From Alphaproteobacteria bacterium (lineage in GTDB: Bacteria; Pseudomonadota; Alphaproteobacteria; UBA828), in assembly GCA_965237415.1 (NCBI GenBank), contig CBDEFM010000002.1, positions 2,048,001 to 2,112,000 on the forward strand: a DNA stretch of 64,000 nt. The letters are read 5' to 3'. Positions 29,041 to 38,518 of this stretch are shown here, piece after piece. A model generated the notes under the pieces. It did not search any database. It had not been told where the DNA came from and saw only the letters and a list, made by a program, of their open reading frames with translations. The first letter of the stretch is position 1; every line of letters starts with the position of its first letter. Both the position numbers and the translations under genes were made by a program.

Positions 29041-29920
29041 CTCGGCCTCCTCCGAAGGCAAGCTTGATCGCGAGGAAGGTCAGCCCGATGCTCGCGATCG
29101 TCACCAGCGTACTCATCGCATAGATCAAAGGCACGGTCGTGTTGTGCGCGCCCGATTGTATCCACAGATAGAGCGGCAGCGTGTCCTGACCTGCGCGCAT
29201 GAAGATGCTGAAGGGCAGCTCGTTGAACGATAGCAGGAATCCGAAGAAACCCGCGGCGAAGATGCCGGGCTTCAGGATCGGCACCTCGATCTGCCAGAAG
29301 CGCTGCCAGCGGGTGGCGCCTAGATCCTCCGCAGCCTCCATCAGCCGCATGTCGAAGCGGGAGGCGACCACCAGCATCGCCAGCAGCGCGAAGGGGAAGG
29401 CCCAGACGAAATGGGCCAGCGCCAGCGACCAGACGCCCATCTTCACGTGGATCACCAGCCGGTACCACATGAAGAGCCCGACGCCCGCGACGATGCCGGG
29501 CACCATCAGCGGCATGAGGAAGCCGATGAGCAGCGGCCCGCGGTGCCTCACCCTGGGCAGCACCGGCCCCACGATCAGCACCCCGATCACGCACGCGGCA
29601 GAGGTGGCGAAGGCGAGCCCGATCGAGAGCAGCAGCGGATCGCCGACCCGGAAGTTGCTGCCGTAGGCCTCGCCATCGCGCTGGGCGATGTCGGCGTAGA
29701 TTACATCCTCGTACCAGGTGAGCGTCCAGTCGCCCGGAATGCCCGTCAGCGGCTCGCCGCTGATCGAGAGGATCATCAGCCAGACGATCGGCAGATACAG
29801 GATGAACAGCACGCCGTAGCCGAAGAAGAGGCCGGTGCCGCGCGGCAGGCCTTCCACGAACCTGCGCCAGAAGGGCGGGCGCACCCGTGCGTAGGCGATG
29901 GTGTCGGCGGGCACGGTCAT
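29027..29920 (-). CDS. ABC transporter permease (PotC-like)
   Basis: EAAEDLGA EAA motif, FLLSFNE. Confidence 0.9.
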   Translation of the reverse strand: MTVPADTIAYARVRPPFWRRFVEGLPRGTGLFFGYGVLFILYLPIVWLMILSISGEPLTGIPGDWTLTWYEDVIYADIAQRDGEAYGSNFRVGDPLLLSIGLAFATSAACVIGVLIVGPVLPRVRHRGPLLIGFLMPLMVPGIVAGVGLFMWYRLVIHVKMGVWSLALAHFVWAFPFALLAMLVVASRFDMRLMEAAEDLGATRWQRFWQIEVPILKPGIFAAGFFGFLLSFNELPFSIFMRAGQDTLPLYLWIQSGAHNTTVPLIYAMSTLVTIASIGLTFLAIKLAFGGGRDGKQ

Positions 29921-30834
29921 CGGCGGAGGTTCGCGAACACTTCGTTGAGCCCGCCCACGGGCCGGAGCGCGGCCCAGAGCAGGACCTGGAAAGCCAGCAT
30001 GATGCCGAGCACGACTGCGGCAAGCGCGGCGGCGACCAGGAAGTTGGAAACGCCGATCAGGCTTTGCACCTGCGCGCTCAGCATCAGCACGTTATTGCCG
30101 CCCATGTGCTGCGCTACCACCGTGTCGCCGAGCATGGGAATGAAGGTGAAGACGAAGCCGGCGACCACGCCCGGCAGCGCGAGCGGGAAGATGATGTGCA
30201 CGAGCGTCCTGAAGCGATGGGCGCCCAAGTCGTTGCTGGCCTCGAGAAAGTCATTATCGATCAGGCTGATGGAGAGAAAGATCGGCCACACCATGGTGGG
30301 GAAGAAGGCGCCGAGAAAGCCGAAATGCACGGCGAATTCGGAAAAGATCAGCCAGGTCACCGGCTCGTCCACCGCGCCGGTCGCCAGCAGCGCCTGATTG
30401 ACCACCCCGTTGATGCCCAAGACCGAGCGCCAGACGATGACGCGCGCCGCCGGGCTCAGGAAGAACGGTACGGTCAGCGCAGTGAAGGTGAGCAACCGCA
30501 CCATGTCGTTCTTGCAGCCCTTCGCCAGCCACAGCGCGAAGGGGAACGCGATCAGGAGCTCGATGACGGTAATCGTCCCCGCGATACGGACCGAACGCAC
30601 GAGCAGCTTGCCGCCACCGTAGGAAAAGAACCGCTCGTATTGCAGGAACGTCGGATCGATGTTGATCCTGATCCCGCGGCCCTGGAAGAACGAGACCAGG
30701 ATGATCGCGAGCAGCGGGATGACGATGCCGCCGAACCAGACAACGCTGAAGCCCGAGAGCGACCATACCCCTGCCGGCAGGCGCGGCAGCAGGCGGCGCA
30801 CGAAGTCCTCGTTGGCGGTCAGCGCGGCGGCCAT
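29917..30834 (-). CDS. ABC transporter permease (PotB-like)
   Basis: GINGVVN, EASNDLGA, PLALPGV..FTFIP. Confidence 0.9.
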   Translation of the reverse strand: MAAALTANEDFVRRLLPRLPAGVWSLSGFSVVWFGGIVIPLLAIILVSFFQGRGIRINIDPTFLQYERFFSYGGGKLLVRSVRIAGTITVIELLIAFPFALWLAKGCKNDMVRLLTFTALTVPFFLSPAARVIVWRSVLGINGVVNQALLATGAVDEPVTWLIFSEFAVHFGFLGAFFPTMVWPIFLSISLIDNDFLEASNDLGAHRFRTLVHIIFPLALPGVVAGFVFTFIPMLGDTVVAQHMGGNNVLMLSAQVQSLIGVSNFLVAAALAAVVLGIMLAFQVLLWAALRPVGGLNEVFANLRR

Positions 30835-30851
30835 CGCAGCCTAAGCAAAGG

Positions 30852-30898
30852 GGGCGGGGCCTGCCCCGCCGGATCGTCCGGCGGGGCAGGCCCGGCCC
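30852..30898. terminator. Strong intercistronic hairpin between binding-protein and permease genes
   Basis: GGGCCTGCCCCGCCGGA-TCG-TCCGGCGGGGCAGGCCC perfect stem. Confidence 0.6.
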
Positions 30899-30914
30899 AT
30901 AAGCGAACCGAAGG

Positions 30915-32135
30915 CTACGCGTTGAGCACGCGGTCCATCTGGGCCTGCATTTCCTGCAGGTGGGTGGGCACCGCGTTGAACCAGAAGTCCTCCTTGGCGA
31001 ACTTGAACTCGACCTTCGCAAGGGCCTCGTCCATGGCGACGCCGACCTTGGGCCCGAGGCCGTTCTCGGCGGCGTACTGCTTGGCGAGATCGGGCCGGCC
31101 CGAGACATAGCCGCGCAGCGGCGTGATCGCCGCCGCGTAGCTTCCGCTCAAGATCCAGTTCAGCGCGGCGTGCACGTCGTCGAGATTGCCGCGGTCCTGC
31201 ACCTGGGTCGGGATGTAGCAGGCGTGCATCCACTTGAGGAAGAACTCCTTGGCGTTGGCGTAGACCCAGTCGCCGCCGGCCTTGTTGGCCTCGCGCACCG
31301 CCGGCTCCCAGCAGCGGATGGCGTCGACCTCGCCGTTCTTCATGTCGGCAACCTGGTCGTCGAAGATCTTCCAGAAGTTGCGGAACTGCCCGGCCTGCTT
31401 GCGCTCGATCAGGAAGTCGGCGGTGGCCGCCGCCTCCGCCGGCGTCGGGTCGAGGATGTTGGCGACCTCGAGCTGGCCGGAGTTCTTCAGATAGGCCAGC
31501 GCCTCCCATAGATAGATGTAGTTGTCGCCGGTGGACGAGCGGCCCATGGTCTTCTCGCTCTCGAAGATGAGCGACCAGGAGGCCTCCTCCGGCGGGCGCG
31601 GCTCGTTCAGCTTCGCCGGCAAATAACCGAAGCTGTCGGCATTCATCACGAGCGGCACGCCCCAGACCGTGCCCGCCTCCGGCTCCAGGTTGCGGGCAAG
31701 GTAGGGAACCCGCTTGATGCTGTCAGGCATCCCGCCCCAGTTGGGGACCTTGGCGGTTTCGATCTCCATGATCGCGTCGGCGTCGATCAGCTCCTGCTCG
31801 GTGCCAGACAGCGTCGCGATGATGTCGAACCGGTCGCCGCCGTCATTCACCAGAATCTCGGTGAGGAAGATGCCGGGATCGTCCTTGATCACGGTGTCTT
31901 CCATCTTGAAGCCGGTCTCTCTCTCGAAGTTGCTCCAGTCGCCCGGGATGATCGTCGGACCGGTGATCAGCAACCGGATGGTGCCGTTGTCCTGCGCCTT
32001 GGCGCGGCGCGTCAGGCCCTGCAGCACCGCTGGTGCGCCGGCGATTACCGCGCCGGCCGCCGCACCCTTGATGAGGTTGCGCCGTGTCAGCGGAAAGTAG
32101 AGGTGCTTGCTGTGCTTACCCTTGCGCTCGTTCAT
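30915..32135 (-). CDS. PotD/PotF-like extracellular solute-binding protein with Tat signal
   Basis: TRRNLIKG twin-arginine leader; FERETG, VP...NADSFGY. Confidence 0.85.
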   Translation of the reverse strand: MNERKGKHSKHLYFPLTRRNLIKGAAAGAVIAGAPAVLQGLTRRAKAQDNGTIRLLITGPTIIPGDWSNFERETGFKMEDTVIKDDPGIFLTEILVNDGGDRFDIIATLSGTEQELIDADAIMEIETAKVPNWGGMPDSIKRVPYLARNLEPEAGTVWGVPLVMNADSFGYLPAKLNEPRPPEEASWSLIFESEKTMGRSSTGDNYIYLWEALAYLKNSGQLEVANILDPTPAEAAATADFLIERKQAGQFRNFWKIFDDQVADMKNGEVDAIRCWEPAVREANKAGGDWVYANAKEFFLKWMHACYIPTQVQDRGNLDDVHAALNWILSGSYAAAITPLRGYVSGRPDLAKQYAAENGLGPKVGVAMDEALAKVEFKFAKEDFWFNAVPTHLQEMQAQMDRVLNA

Positions 32136-32259
32136 CGTGTCCTCTCCCTGCAGGCGTCAACGGTCGTATGGGCACGGCCCCGCGCCAGCGGCGATGCGAG
32201 GCTCCGCATGCGCGAGCATGGTGACCGGTTTGAGCACGCCGAACAAGCCCGCGGCCGTT

Positions 32260-32595
32260 CGCCCGCATGTCTCGCCGCCGTCGCGGTCCGGTTCCGCCGC
32301 CCACCTCGGCCCGAACTTAATTTTCGTGCGGGATCCGCCGGGATTAAGTGGGATTAAGTGGGATAAGTGGGATCCCATAGGACAGGGTCCCGCTCGCCCG
32401 AAGGGTCGTGCGCGCGGGATGTCGCCCGCGCCTGAAGGGTCGCGGGCCCGGAATGCAGGGTCGCGCACGCCCGCGCATTTGACCCGCTCGTCCTCGTGCT
32501 GCATGGCGCGGATACGCGCGCGGGAGCATGATCGGCACATCCCGCGATCCTGGCACGGCAGCCGCGCACCTTGCACCGCACCAGGGTCCGGGGGG
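32260..32595 (-). repeat. Dispersed intergenic element with phased ATCCC array, copy B
   Basis: Core 32313-32384 GAACTTAATTTTCGTGCGGGATCCGCCGGGATTAAGTGGGATTAAGTGGGATAAGTGGGATCCCATAGGACA; homologous to 309-553. Confidence 0.85.
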
Positions 32596-32994
32596 TCAGT
32601 GGTCGAAGTGGTAGACGATCTGGTCGAAGCGGTCGCGGGGGAAGGAGAATACGAAGACCAGCGGCTCCGCGCCGGTGCAGCGGACGGTGTGCCGGGCATC
32701 GGGCGGGATGTAGACCGCGCTGCCCGGCCCCAGCGCCCGCGTGCGGCCCTCGATTTCCATCTCGCCCTGGCCGCTCACGATATAATAGGTCTCCGCCGGC
32801 TCGTGATGATGGCGCATGAGCGCCGCGCCGGGCGCGATTTCGGCGATCCCGGTGACGAGCCCCTCGCTCTCCGTCCGCTCGCCGGCGACCAGCAGCTTCC
32901 AGCGAATCCCTGTGCCGGTCGCGAGGTTGGCCTCTTCTCCGCCTTCCCAATCGAGGTCGGCCTGATCGACGACGGCAGGTCTCGGCGCGCTCAT
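32596..32994 (-). CDS. Cupin domain protein, DddK/DddW (DMSP lyase)-like
   Basis: GIRWKLL..G.AEIAPG..HHHEPAETYY..G..VYIP..ARH..FPRDRF..VY. Confidence 0.75.
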   Translation of the reverse strand: MSAPRPAVVDQADLDWEGGEEANLATGTGIRWKLLVAGERTESEGLVTGIAEIAPGAALMRHHHEPAETYYIVSGQGEMEIEGRTRALGPGSAVYIPPDARHTVRCTGAEPLVFVFSFPRDRFDQIVYHFDH

Positions 32995-33049
32995 CGTCTC
33001 CTCCCTCTGGGCCAGGCCTCGATCGCGAGGCGGTGCTCGTCTCGCATCG

Positions 33050-34006
33050 TCAACCGATACTGTTGCACGGGTTTTCGGGCGGCTCGCCGGCCAGCACGCG
33101 CACGACCTCCTCCGCGCCGCGCCGCCTGAGCTCAGCCAGCGAGGCGTCGGAGGAGAAGGCCACGTGCGGCGTCGCGATCACGTCCGCCCGGGCCACGAGA
33201 GCGGCGGGCGGGTTCGGCTCGCCCTCCACCACATCGAGGCCGGCGCCCGCGAGACGGCCGGCATCGAGGGCGGCAATCAGCGCATCGTTGTCGACCACCG
33301 GGCCCCGGCTCACGTTGATGAGGAAGGCGCCCGGCTTGAGCTGAGCGAGGAAGGCCGCGTCCACCAGATGATGCGTCTCGTCGGTGAGCGGCAGGTGGAC
33401 GATGACGATGTCGGCCTCGGCAGCCAGCCGGTCGAGCCCGACCATGCGTGCCGGCACGGTCTCCGGCACCTCGGCGATGTCGTGGCCGAGGACGGTCATG
33501 CCGAGGGCCGCGAGCTTGCGTGCGGTGCAGCGCCCGATCCGCCCGAGCCCGAGGATGCCGGCGGTCAGCGTTGCGCCGCGGCGGAGCCGAGCGCCGGAGG
33601 GGTCCCATTGGCCGGCCTTCACCGCACGGTCGAAGTGCGCGATGCCGCGGAACCAGGCAAACGCCAGGGCCACCGCGTGATCCGAGACCTCCTCGACGCA
33701 ATAGTCCGGCACATTGGCGACCCAGGCGCCCCGCGCCGTCGCCGCCTCCATGGCGATATTGTCGAGCCCCACCCCCAGCCGCTGCACGATCTTGAGCGCG
33801 GAGGGCGCGCGGATCGCTTCGGCCGAGATATCCGCCCAGCAGGTGAGAATCGCGACGGGGTCGTGCTCCGCGACCATGGCCTCCACCGCCGCCGCCGGGC
33901 TCGGCTCCGAAGGGCCCGTGACCAGCCTGTGGCCGGCGCCCTCGATCACGCCGCGCTCGATGGTGACATCCGACCAGGCGAAGTCGGTCTGGAGTACGGT
34001 CGCCAT
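33050..34006 (-). CDS. D-isomer-specific 2-hydroxyacid dehydrogenase (CtBP-like)
   Basis: NVPDYCVEEVSDHA, GLGRIG, INVSRG, GLDVVEGEP, TPHVAF. Confidence 0.92.
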   Translation of the reverse strand: MATVLQTDFAWSDVTIERGVIEGAGHRLVTGPSEPSPAAAVEAMVAEHDPVAILTCWADISAEAIRAPSALKIVQRLGVGLDNIAMEAATARGAWVANVPDYCVEEVSDHAVALAFAWFRGIAHFDRAVKAGQWDPSGARLRRGATLTAGILGLGRIGRCTARKLAALGMTVLGHDIAEVPETVPARMVGLDRLAAEADIVIVHLPLTDETHHLVDAAFLAQLKPGAFLINVSRGPVVDNDALIAALDAGRLAGAGLDVVEGEPNPPAALVARADVIATPHVAFSSDASLAELRRRGAEEVVRVLAGEPPENPCNSIG

Positions 34007-34067
34007 GGGTCACTCTCCCTCGTGGCGCGGATCGAGCACCGCCATCCCGCTCACGGAAGCCGATCCG

Positions 34068-35297
34068 TCAGAGGGCGTTCTTGCAGAACCTGCCCTCCTT
34101 CATGATGACCGGGATGTGGCGCCCCTGCTCCTGCAGGAGCCCGAGGTCGCCGAGGGGGTCGCCGTCCACCACCAGGATGTCCGCCACCGCGCCCGGCGCG
34201 ATCGTGCCAAGCTCGCCCGAGCGCTGGATCAGCGCCGCGTTGATCGAGGTCGCCGACCGCAGCACGTCGACCGGCGCCAGCACCTCGCTCCGGATCAGGA
34301 ACTCCTGGCTCTGCCGGTCCTGAAGCGACCCGAGCAGATCGGTGCCGAAGCCCATCGGCACGCCGGCGGCCTGGCAAATCTCGAGAGAGCGCAGCCCATC
34401 CTCGCCGAGGCCCTGGAGCTTGTCGGCATAGATTTTGGGCAGCCCTATTTCGGCCCCGGACTCGATCATGGCGAAGAGCGTCACCAGCGTCGGTACGACG
34501 AAGGCCCCGGCCGCCGCCGCCGCCTCCGCCGCCTCGGCGTCGATCAGGGTGCCGTGCTCGATCGAGCGCACGCCGAGCTCCGCGCAGCGACGCACCGCGT
34601 TTGCCGTGTGCGCGTGCGCCATCACATAGGTGCGCCGGGTCGCGGCCTCCTCCACGCCGACCCGGATCTCCTCGTCGGAATACTGATCCATCCAAAGGGG
34701 ATCGGTCGGCGAGAGCACGCCGCCCGAAACCATCATCTTGATCTGGTGGGCACCCTTGCGCAGCTCCTCCCGCGCCGCCCGGCGGACCGCATCGACCCCG
34801 TCTGCGACCTGCGTGATCGGCCCGTGGTAGGCGGCGCAGCCGCAGGGCTCGAAGCGGGTCTGGCTGCGCATGTCGCCGTGGCCGCCGGTCTGGCTCAGCC
34901 CGCGGCCTGCGAACAGGATCCGGGGGCCCGCGATCAGGCCGCGCTCCACCGCCATCGCGAGGCCGAGATCGGCGCCGCCCGCGTCGCGCACCGTGGTGAA
35001 CCCGCGCCTGAGCGCACCCTCCAGACTGTGCCGCGCGTGCTGGTAGAGCAGCGACGCCGGCATGTCTTCGATCGACTGAACGTCGATCTCGACGAGCAGG
35101 GCGTGAAAGTGGGCATCGATCAGGCCCGGCATCAGGGTGCGGCCGGCGCAGGCCACGCGCTCTGCATCGGCCGGTGCCCGGACCGTGCCGTCGGCGACCT
35201 CCTCGATCCGGCCGTCCTCCACCACCACCGTCGCGTTCTCGCGCGGCTCGGCCGAGACCCCGTCGAAGACCCTGCATCCCTCGAAGACGATCGTCAC
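34068..35297 (-). CDS. Metal-dependent amidohydrolase (Xaa-Pro dipeptidase-like subgroup)
   Basis: MPGLIDAHFH, GFTTVRDAGG, QTGGHGD, AHAH, SIEHG, FGTD. Confidence 0.92.
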   Translation of the reverse strand: MTIVFEGCRVFDGVSAEPRENATVVVEDGRIEEVADGTVRAPADAERVACAGRTLMPGLIDAHFHALLVEIDVQSIEDMPASLLYQHARHSLEGALRRGFTTVRDAGGADLGLAMAVERGLIAGPRILFAGRGLSQTGGHGDMRSQTRFEPCGCAAYHGPITQVADGVDAVRRAAREELRKGAHQIKMMVSGGVLSPTDPLWMDQYSDEEIRVGVEEAATRRTYVMAHAHTANAVRRCAELGVRSIEHGTLIDAEAAEAAAAAGAFVVPTLVTLFAMIESGAEIGLPKIYADKLQGLGEDGLRSLEICQAAGVPMGFGTDLLGSLQDRQSQEFLIRSEVLAPVDVLRSATSINAALIQRSGELGTIAPGAVADILVVDGDPLGDLGLLQEQGRHIPVIMKEGRFCKNAL

Positions 35298-35325
35298 GAT
35301 GCTGCTCCCTTATCCGACCCGCCGA

Positions 35326-37086
35326 CTACCACGCGAGCCCGTAGGCCGGCCGCCGCGGGTCCGCTCCGCCCGAAATCGTGCACCGAGCGATATCCTGAAC
35401 CAGCACGCACATCGCGCCCGCCGGCCAGGCCCACTCCGGCCACCAGTCGACCCCGTGCCCCCACGCGGCGAGCGCCTCGCCTGCGGCCTCGGGAATTCGC
35501 GCCTCCAGCATCAGCTTGTTGGGATGGTACTCGTGCGGCTCGAAAGAGTTGGGGAAGCTCATGGTGGCGAAGCGCGGTGCCTCGACGGCAGCCTGCGGGT
35601 TCATGCCGTAGGTCACGATGTTCACGAAGGTCTGGAGCATCGCCTGGATCTGGACGTCGCCGCCCGGCGTGCCGAAGGGCATGACGAAGGCGCCGTCCTT
35701 GATCGCAAGCGCCGGGTTGGGCGTGAGCCGCGGCCGCTTGCCGGGGGCGACGCTCGACGCGTGCCGAGGGTCGGCCCAGGATTGCGCGCCGCGCGAGGAG
35801 ACGCAGAGCCCGGTGCCGGGGATCACCGGCGTGTCGAAGGAGATATCGCTCGGCGTCGCCGAGAAGACGTTGCCTTCGCTGTCGATGGCGCAGACGTAGG
35901 AGGTATCGTGCGCGGCCTCGACCGGCCCTGCCGCTGCCGCAGCCCGCGAAGGGGCGTCCTGCGCAAGGCCGCCCGTGGGGTCGCCCGCCGTCGGCATCTC
36001 GGGCCAGGCCTCGCCCGGCCGGATGAGGGAGCGGCGGCTGGCGATGTAGTCGTCCGAGAGCAGCGCCGCCGTCGGCACGTCGACGAAGCGGGGGTCGCCG
36101 ATCCAGCGTTCGCGGTCCGCGAAAGCCAGCTTCAGCGCCTCTACCATCATGTGCAGCGCGTCCGGGCTGTTGTGGCCCATCGCCGCCAGCGCCTTCAGGT
36201 CGAGCAGGCGGAGCGCCTGGAGCAGCGCCGGCCCCTGGCACCAGGGGCCGCAGGCATAGACGTCGATGCCCTCGATCGTGACCCGCTCGGGCGGCTCCAC
36301 CGCCACCCTGAAGGAGGCGAGGTCGTCGGCCGTGAGCAGGCCGCCGTTCTCGCGATGGTATTGGACGATGGCCGCGGCGATATCGCCCCGGTAGAAGGCG
36401 GCGCGGGCGGCGGCGAGGCCCGCGGCGCGGCCGCCACCGGCGGCGCGCTCCTCATCCGCCATGTACTGGAGGGAGCGCCCGAGGTCGGCCTGCACGAAGA
36501 CATCGCCGACGGCGGGCGGGCGGCCGCCCGGCAGATAGATCGCCGCGTTGGACGGCCAGCGGGCGTAGTTCTCGACCTTATTCGCGATCACGCTCGCCAT
36601 CAGCGGGTACATGACGAAGCCGTCGCGCGCGAGCCTGATCGAGGCCTCGGCCACCTCGCCGAAGGTCATCGTTCCGTGGCGTTCGAGCGCGGTGATCCAG
36701 GCGTCGGGTGCGGCCGGCGCGACGGTGCGCAGCAGGCCCACCGGGATGTGCCCGTCGTGCTCGCGTTGGAAGAGTTCGGGCGTCATCGCGCTGGGCCAGG
36801 TGCCGAGGCCGCTGATGGTCTCCACCTGCCCCGTCTTCGCGCTGTAGAGGATGATCGGGGCGACGCCTGCGACATTGACCAGATCGCTGTGCACGATGCC
36901 CAAAGCGATGCCTGCGGCCACGCCCGCGTCGATGGCGTTGCCGCCTGCCTCCAGGATCGCGAAGCCCGCCTCCGCTGCCAGGTAGTGCCCGGCGACGATC
37001 GCGTGTCGATGGCCGCGGATCACCGGCCTGAGCGCGTCGATCGCCTCGGGGTCGAACGCCGCGTATTCGCTTCGGCGTCTGATCAT
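35326..37086 (-). CDS. Gamma-glutamyltransferase-family (Ntn) hydrolase, paralog 2
   Basis: GGNAIDAGVAAG, HDTSYVC, PGKRPRLTPNP, FGTPGGD, GADPRR; start MIRRRS. Confidence 0.9.
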   Translation of the reverse strand: MIRRRSEYAAFDPEAIDALRPVIRGHRHAIVAGHYLAAEAGFAILEAGGNAIDAGVAAGIALGIVHSDLVNVAGVAPIILYSAKTGQVETISGLGTWPSAMTPELFQREHDGHIPVGLLRTVAPAAPDAWITALERHGTMTFGEVAEASIRLARDGFVMYPLMASVIANKVENYARWPSNAAIYLPGGRPPAVGDVFVQADLGRSLQYMADEERAAGGGRAAGLAAARAAFYRGDIAAAIVQYHRENGGLLTADDLASFRVAVEPPERVTIEGIDVYACGPWCQGPALLQALRLLDLKALAAMGHNSPDALHMMVEALKLAFADRERWIGDPRFVDVPTAALLSDDYIASRRSLIRPGEAWPEMPTAGDPTGGLAQDAPSRAAAAAGPVEAAHDTSYVCAIDSEGNVFSATPSDISFDTPVIPGTGLCVSSRGAQSWADPRHASSVAPGKRPRLTPNPALAIKDGAFVMPFGTPGGDVQIQAMLQTFVNIVTYGMNPQAAVEAPRFATMSFPNSFEPHEYHPNKLMLEARIPEAAGEALAAWGHGVDWWPEWAWPAGAMCVLVQDIARCTISGGADPRRPAYGLAW

Positions 37087-37088
37087 GG

Positions 37089-38351
37089 CTACTCCTGGTT
37101 GGCGAGATCGACGAGACAGGCGGCGAGCGTCCGGGCGCCGGCGGCGAGGTCGGCCGGCGTCGCGTTCTCCGCCTCGTTGTGGCTGAGGCCCCGCTCGCAG
37201 GGCACGAAGATCATGCCGGTGGGGCAAAGATGATTGATGTGGCCTGCATCGTGGCCTGCGCCGGAGGGCAGGCGCATGACCGGGTGGCCCAGGCTCTCGG
37301 CGTAGCGCTCCACCATGTCGATCAGGGTGGGGTCGAACACGAGGGGCGCAATCTCCATGATGGGCCTGACCGTAACCCCGCAGCCTCTCGCGTTTGCCTC
37401 GCAGGTGGCCGCGATCTGAGAACCGATGCGGTCGATCACTGCCGGGTCGGGATGGCGGAAGTCGATGGTGAAGAACACGCGGCTCGGCACCGTGGCGGGC
37501 GAGCCGGGGTGGCACTCGAAGCGGCCCACGGTGAAGCGCACCGTGTCGCTTTCGTCGGCCATCAGCTCCTCAAGCGCGTGGACCATGGACACCGCCGCCT
37601 TGAGAGCATCCCTGCGCACCCTGAGCGGGGTGGTTCCCGCGTGCGCCTCAGCGCCGCTCACCTCAACGCCGAACCAGTAGATGCCCTGGATCCCCGTCAC
37701 GGCGCCGATGGTCAGGCCTTCGTTCTCCAGCCGCGGCCCCTGCTCGATATGCGCCTCGACGTAGGCCGCGAAGGGATGCCCGAAGGGGCGATGCGGCAGT
37801 CCTGGCGTAGACGCAAGGGTCTCGGCGAGCGCTTCTTCTAGAGTCACGCCCTGGCGGTCCTCGATGCCGAGCTGATCCTCCAGCCTGAGCACGCCGGCGA
37901 ACACCGCAGAGCCCATGGCGCCCGGCTGAAAGCGCCCGCCCTCCTCATTGGTCCAGGCGACGAGATCGATGGGCCGCTCGGTCTCGACGCCGGCGCGTGC
38001 GATGGCCTCCAGTGCTTCGAAGCCGCCGACCACGCCGTAGGCACCGTCGAACCTGCCGCCGCGCGGCTGGCTGTCGAGATGGCTCCCTGTCACCACGGGC
38101 GCGGCATCGGCCTGCTGGCCGGGGAGGCGGACGTAGAGGTTCGCGATGCCGTCGGTGGCGACCTCGAATCCCAGATCCCCCGCCCACTCCACCATCAGCC
38201 TGCGGGCGGCCCTGTCCTCGTCCGAGAGTGCAGCGCGGTTGACGCCGCCGCGCTCGGTCGCGCCAAACTCCGCCATCGCCATATGGCGGGACCAGAGCCT
38301 CGCCTCGTCCACAGCCGCTGCGGCCGCGAGCGCCTCAGCCTTCGCGTCCAT
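37089..38351 (-). CDS. M20 Zn-dependent N-carbamoyl-amino acid / allantoate amidohydrolase
   Basis: GSHLDSQP.GGRFDG, NEEGGRF, EAHIEQG, AHAGTTP, SGAGHDA, SHNEAE. Confidence 0.92.
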   Translation of the reverse strand: MDAKAEALAAAAAVDEARLWSRHMAMAEFGATERGGVNRAALSDEDRAARRLMVEWAGDLGFEVATDGIANLYVRLPGQQADAAPVVTGSHLDSQPRGGRFDGAYGVVGGFEALEAIARAGVETERPIDLVAWTNEEGGRFQPGAMGSAVFAGVLRLEDQLGIEDRQGVTLEEALAETLASTPGLPHRPFGHPFAAYVEAHIEQGPRLENEGLTIGAVTGIQGIYWFGVEVSGAEAHAGTTPLRVRRDALKAAVSMVHALEELMADESDTVRFTVGRFECHPGSPATVPSRVFFTIDFRHPDPAVIDRIGSQIAATCEANARGCGVTVRPIMEIAPLVFDPTLIDMVERYAESLGHPVMRLPSGAGHDAGHINHLCPTGMIFVPCERGLSHNEAENATPADLAAGARTLAACLVDLANQE

Positions 38352-38518
38352 CGTCAACCTCCTGGCGCTCACCGTAAAACACCGCGCAGTGCAAGCAAAG
38401 CTGGCGTAGCGGCAAATTGGGGCCCAAGCGAGCGGAGCGAGCGCCCGGCGCTTGAGGGAAATGAGTAAGTGGAGGAGAGGGCCGGGGTGAGGTGGGGGGA
38501 TGCTCTTTTCTCGCTTGC

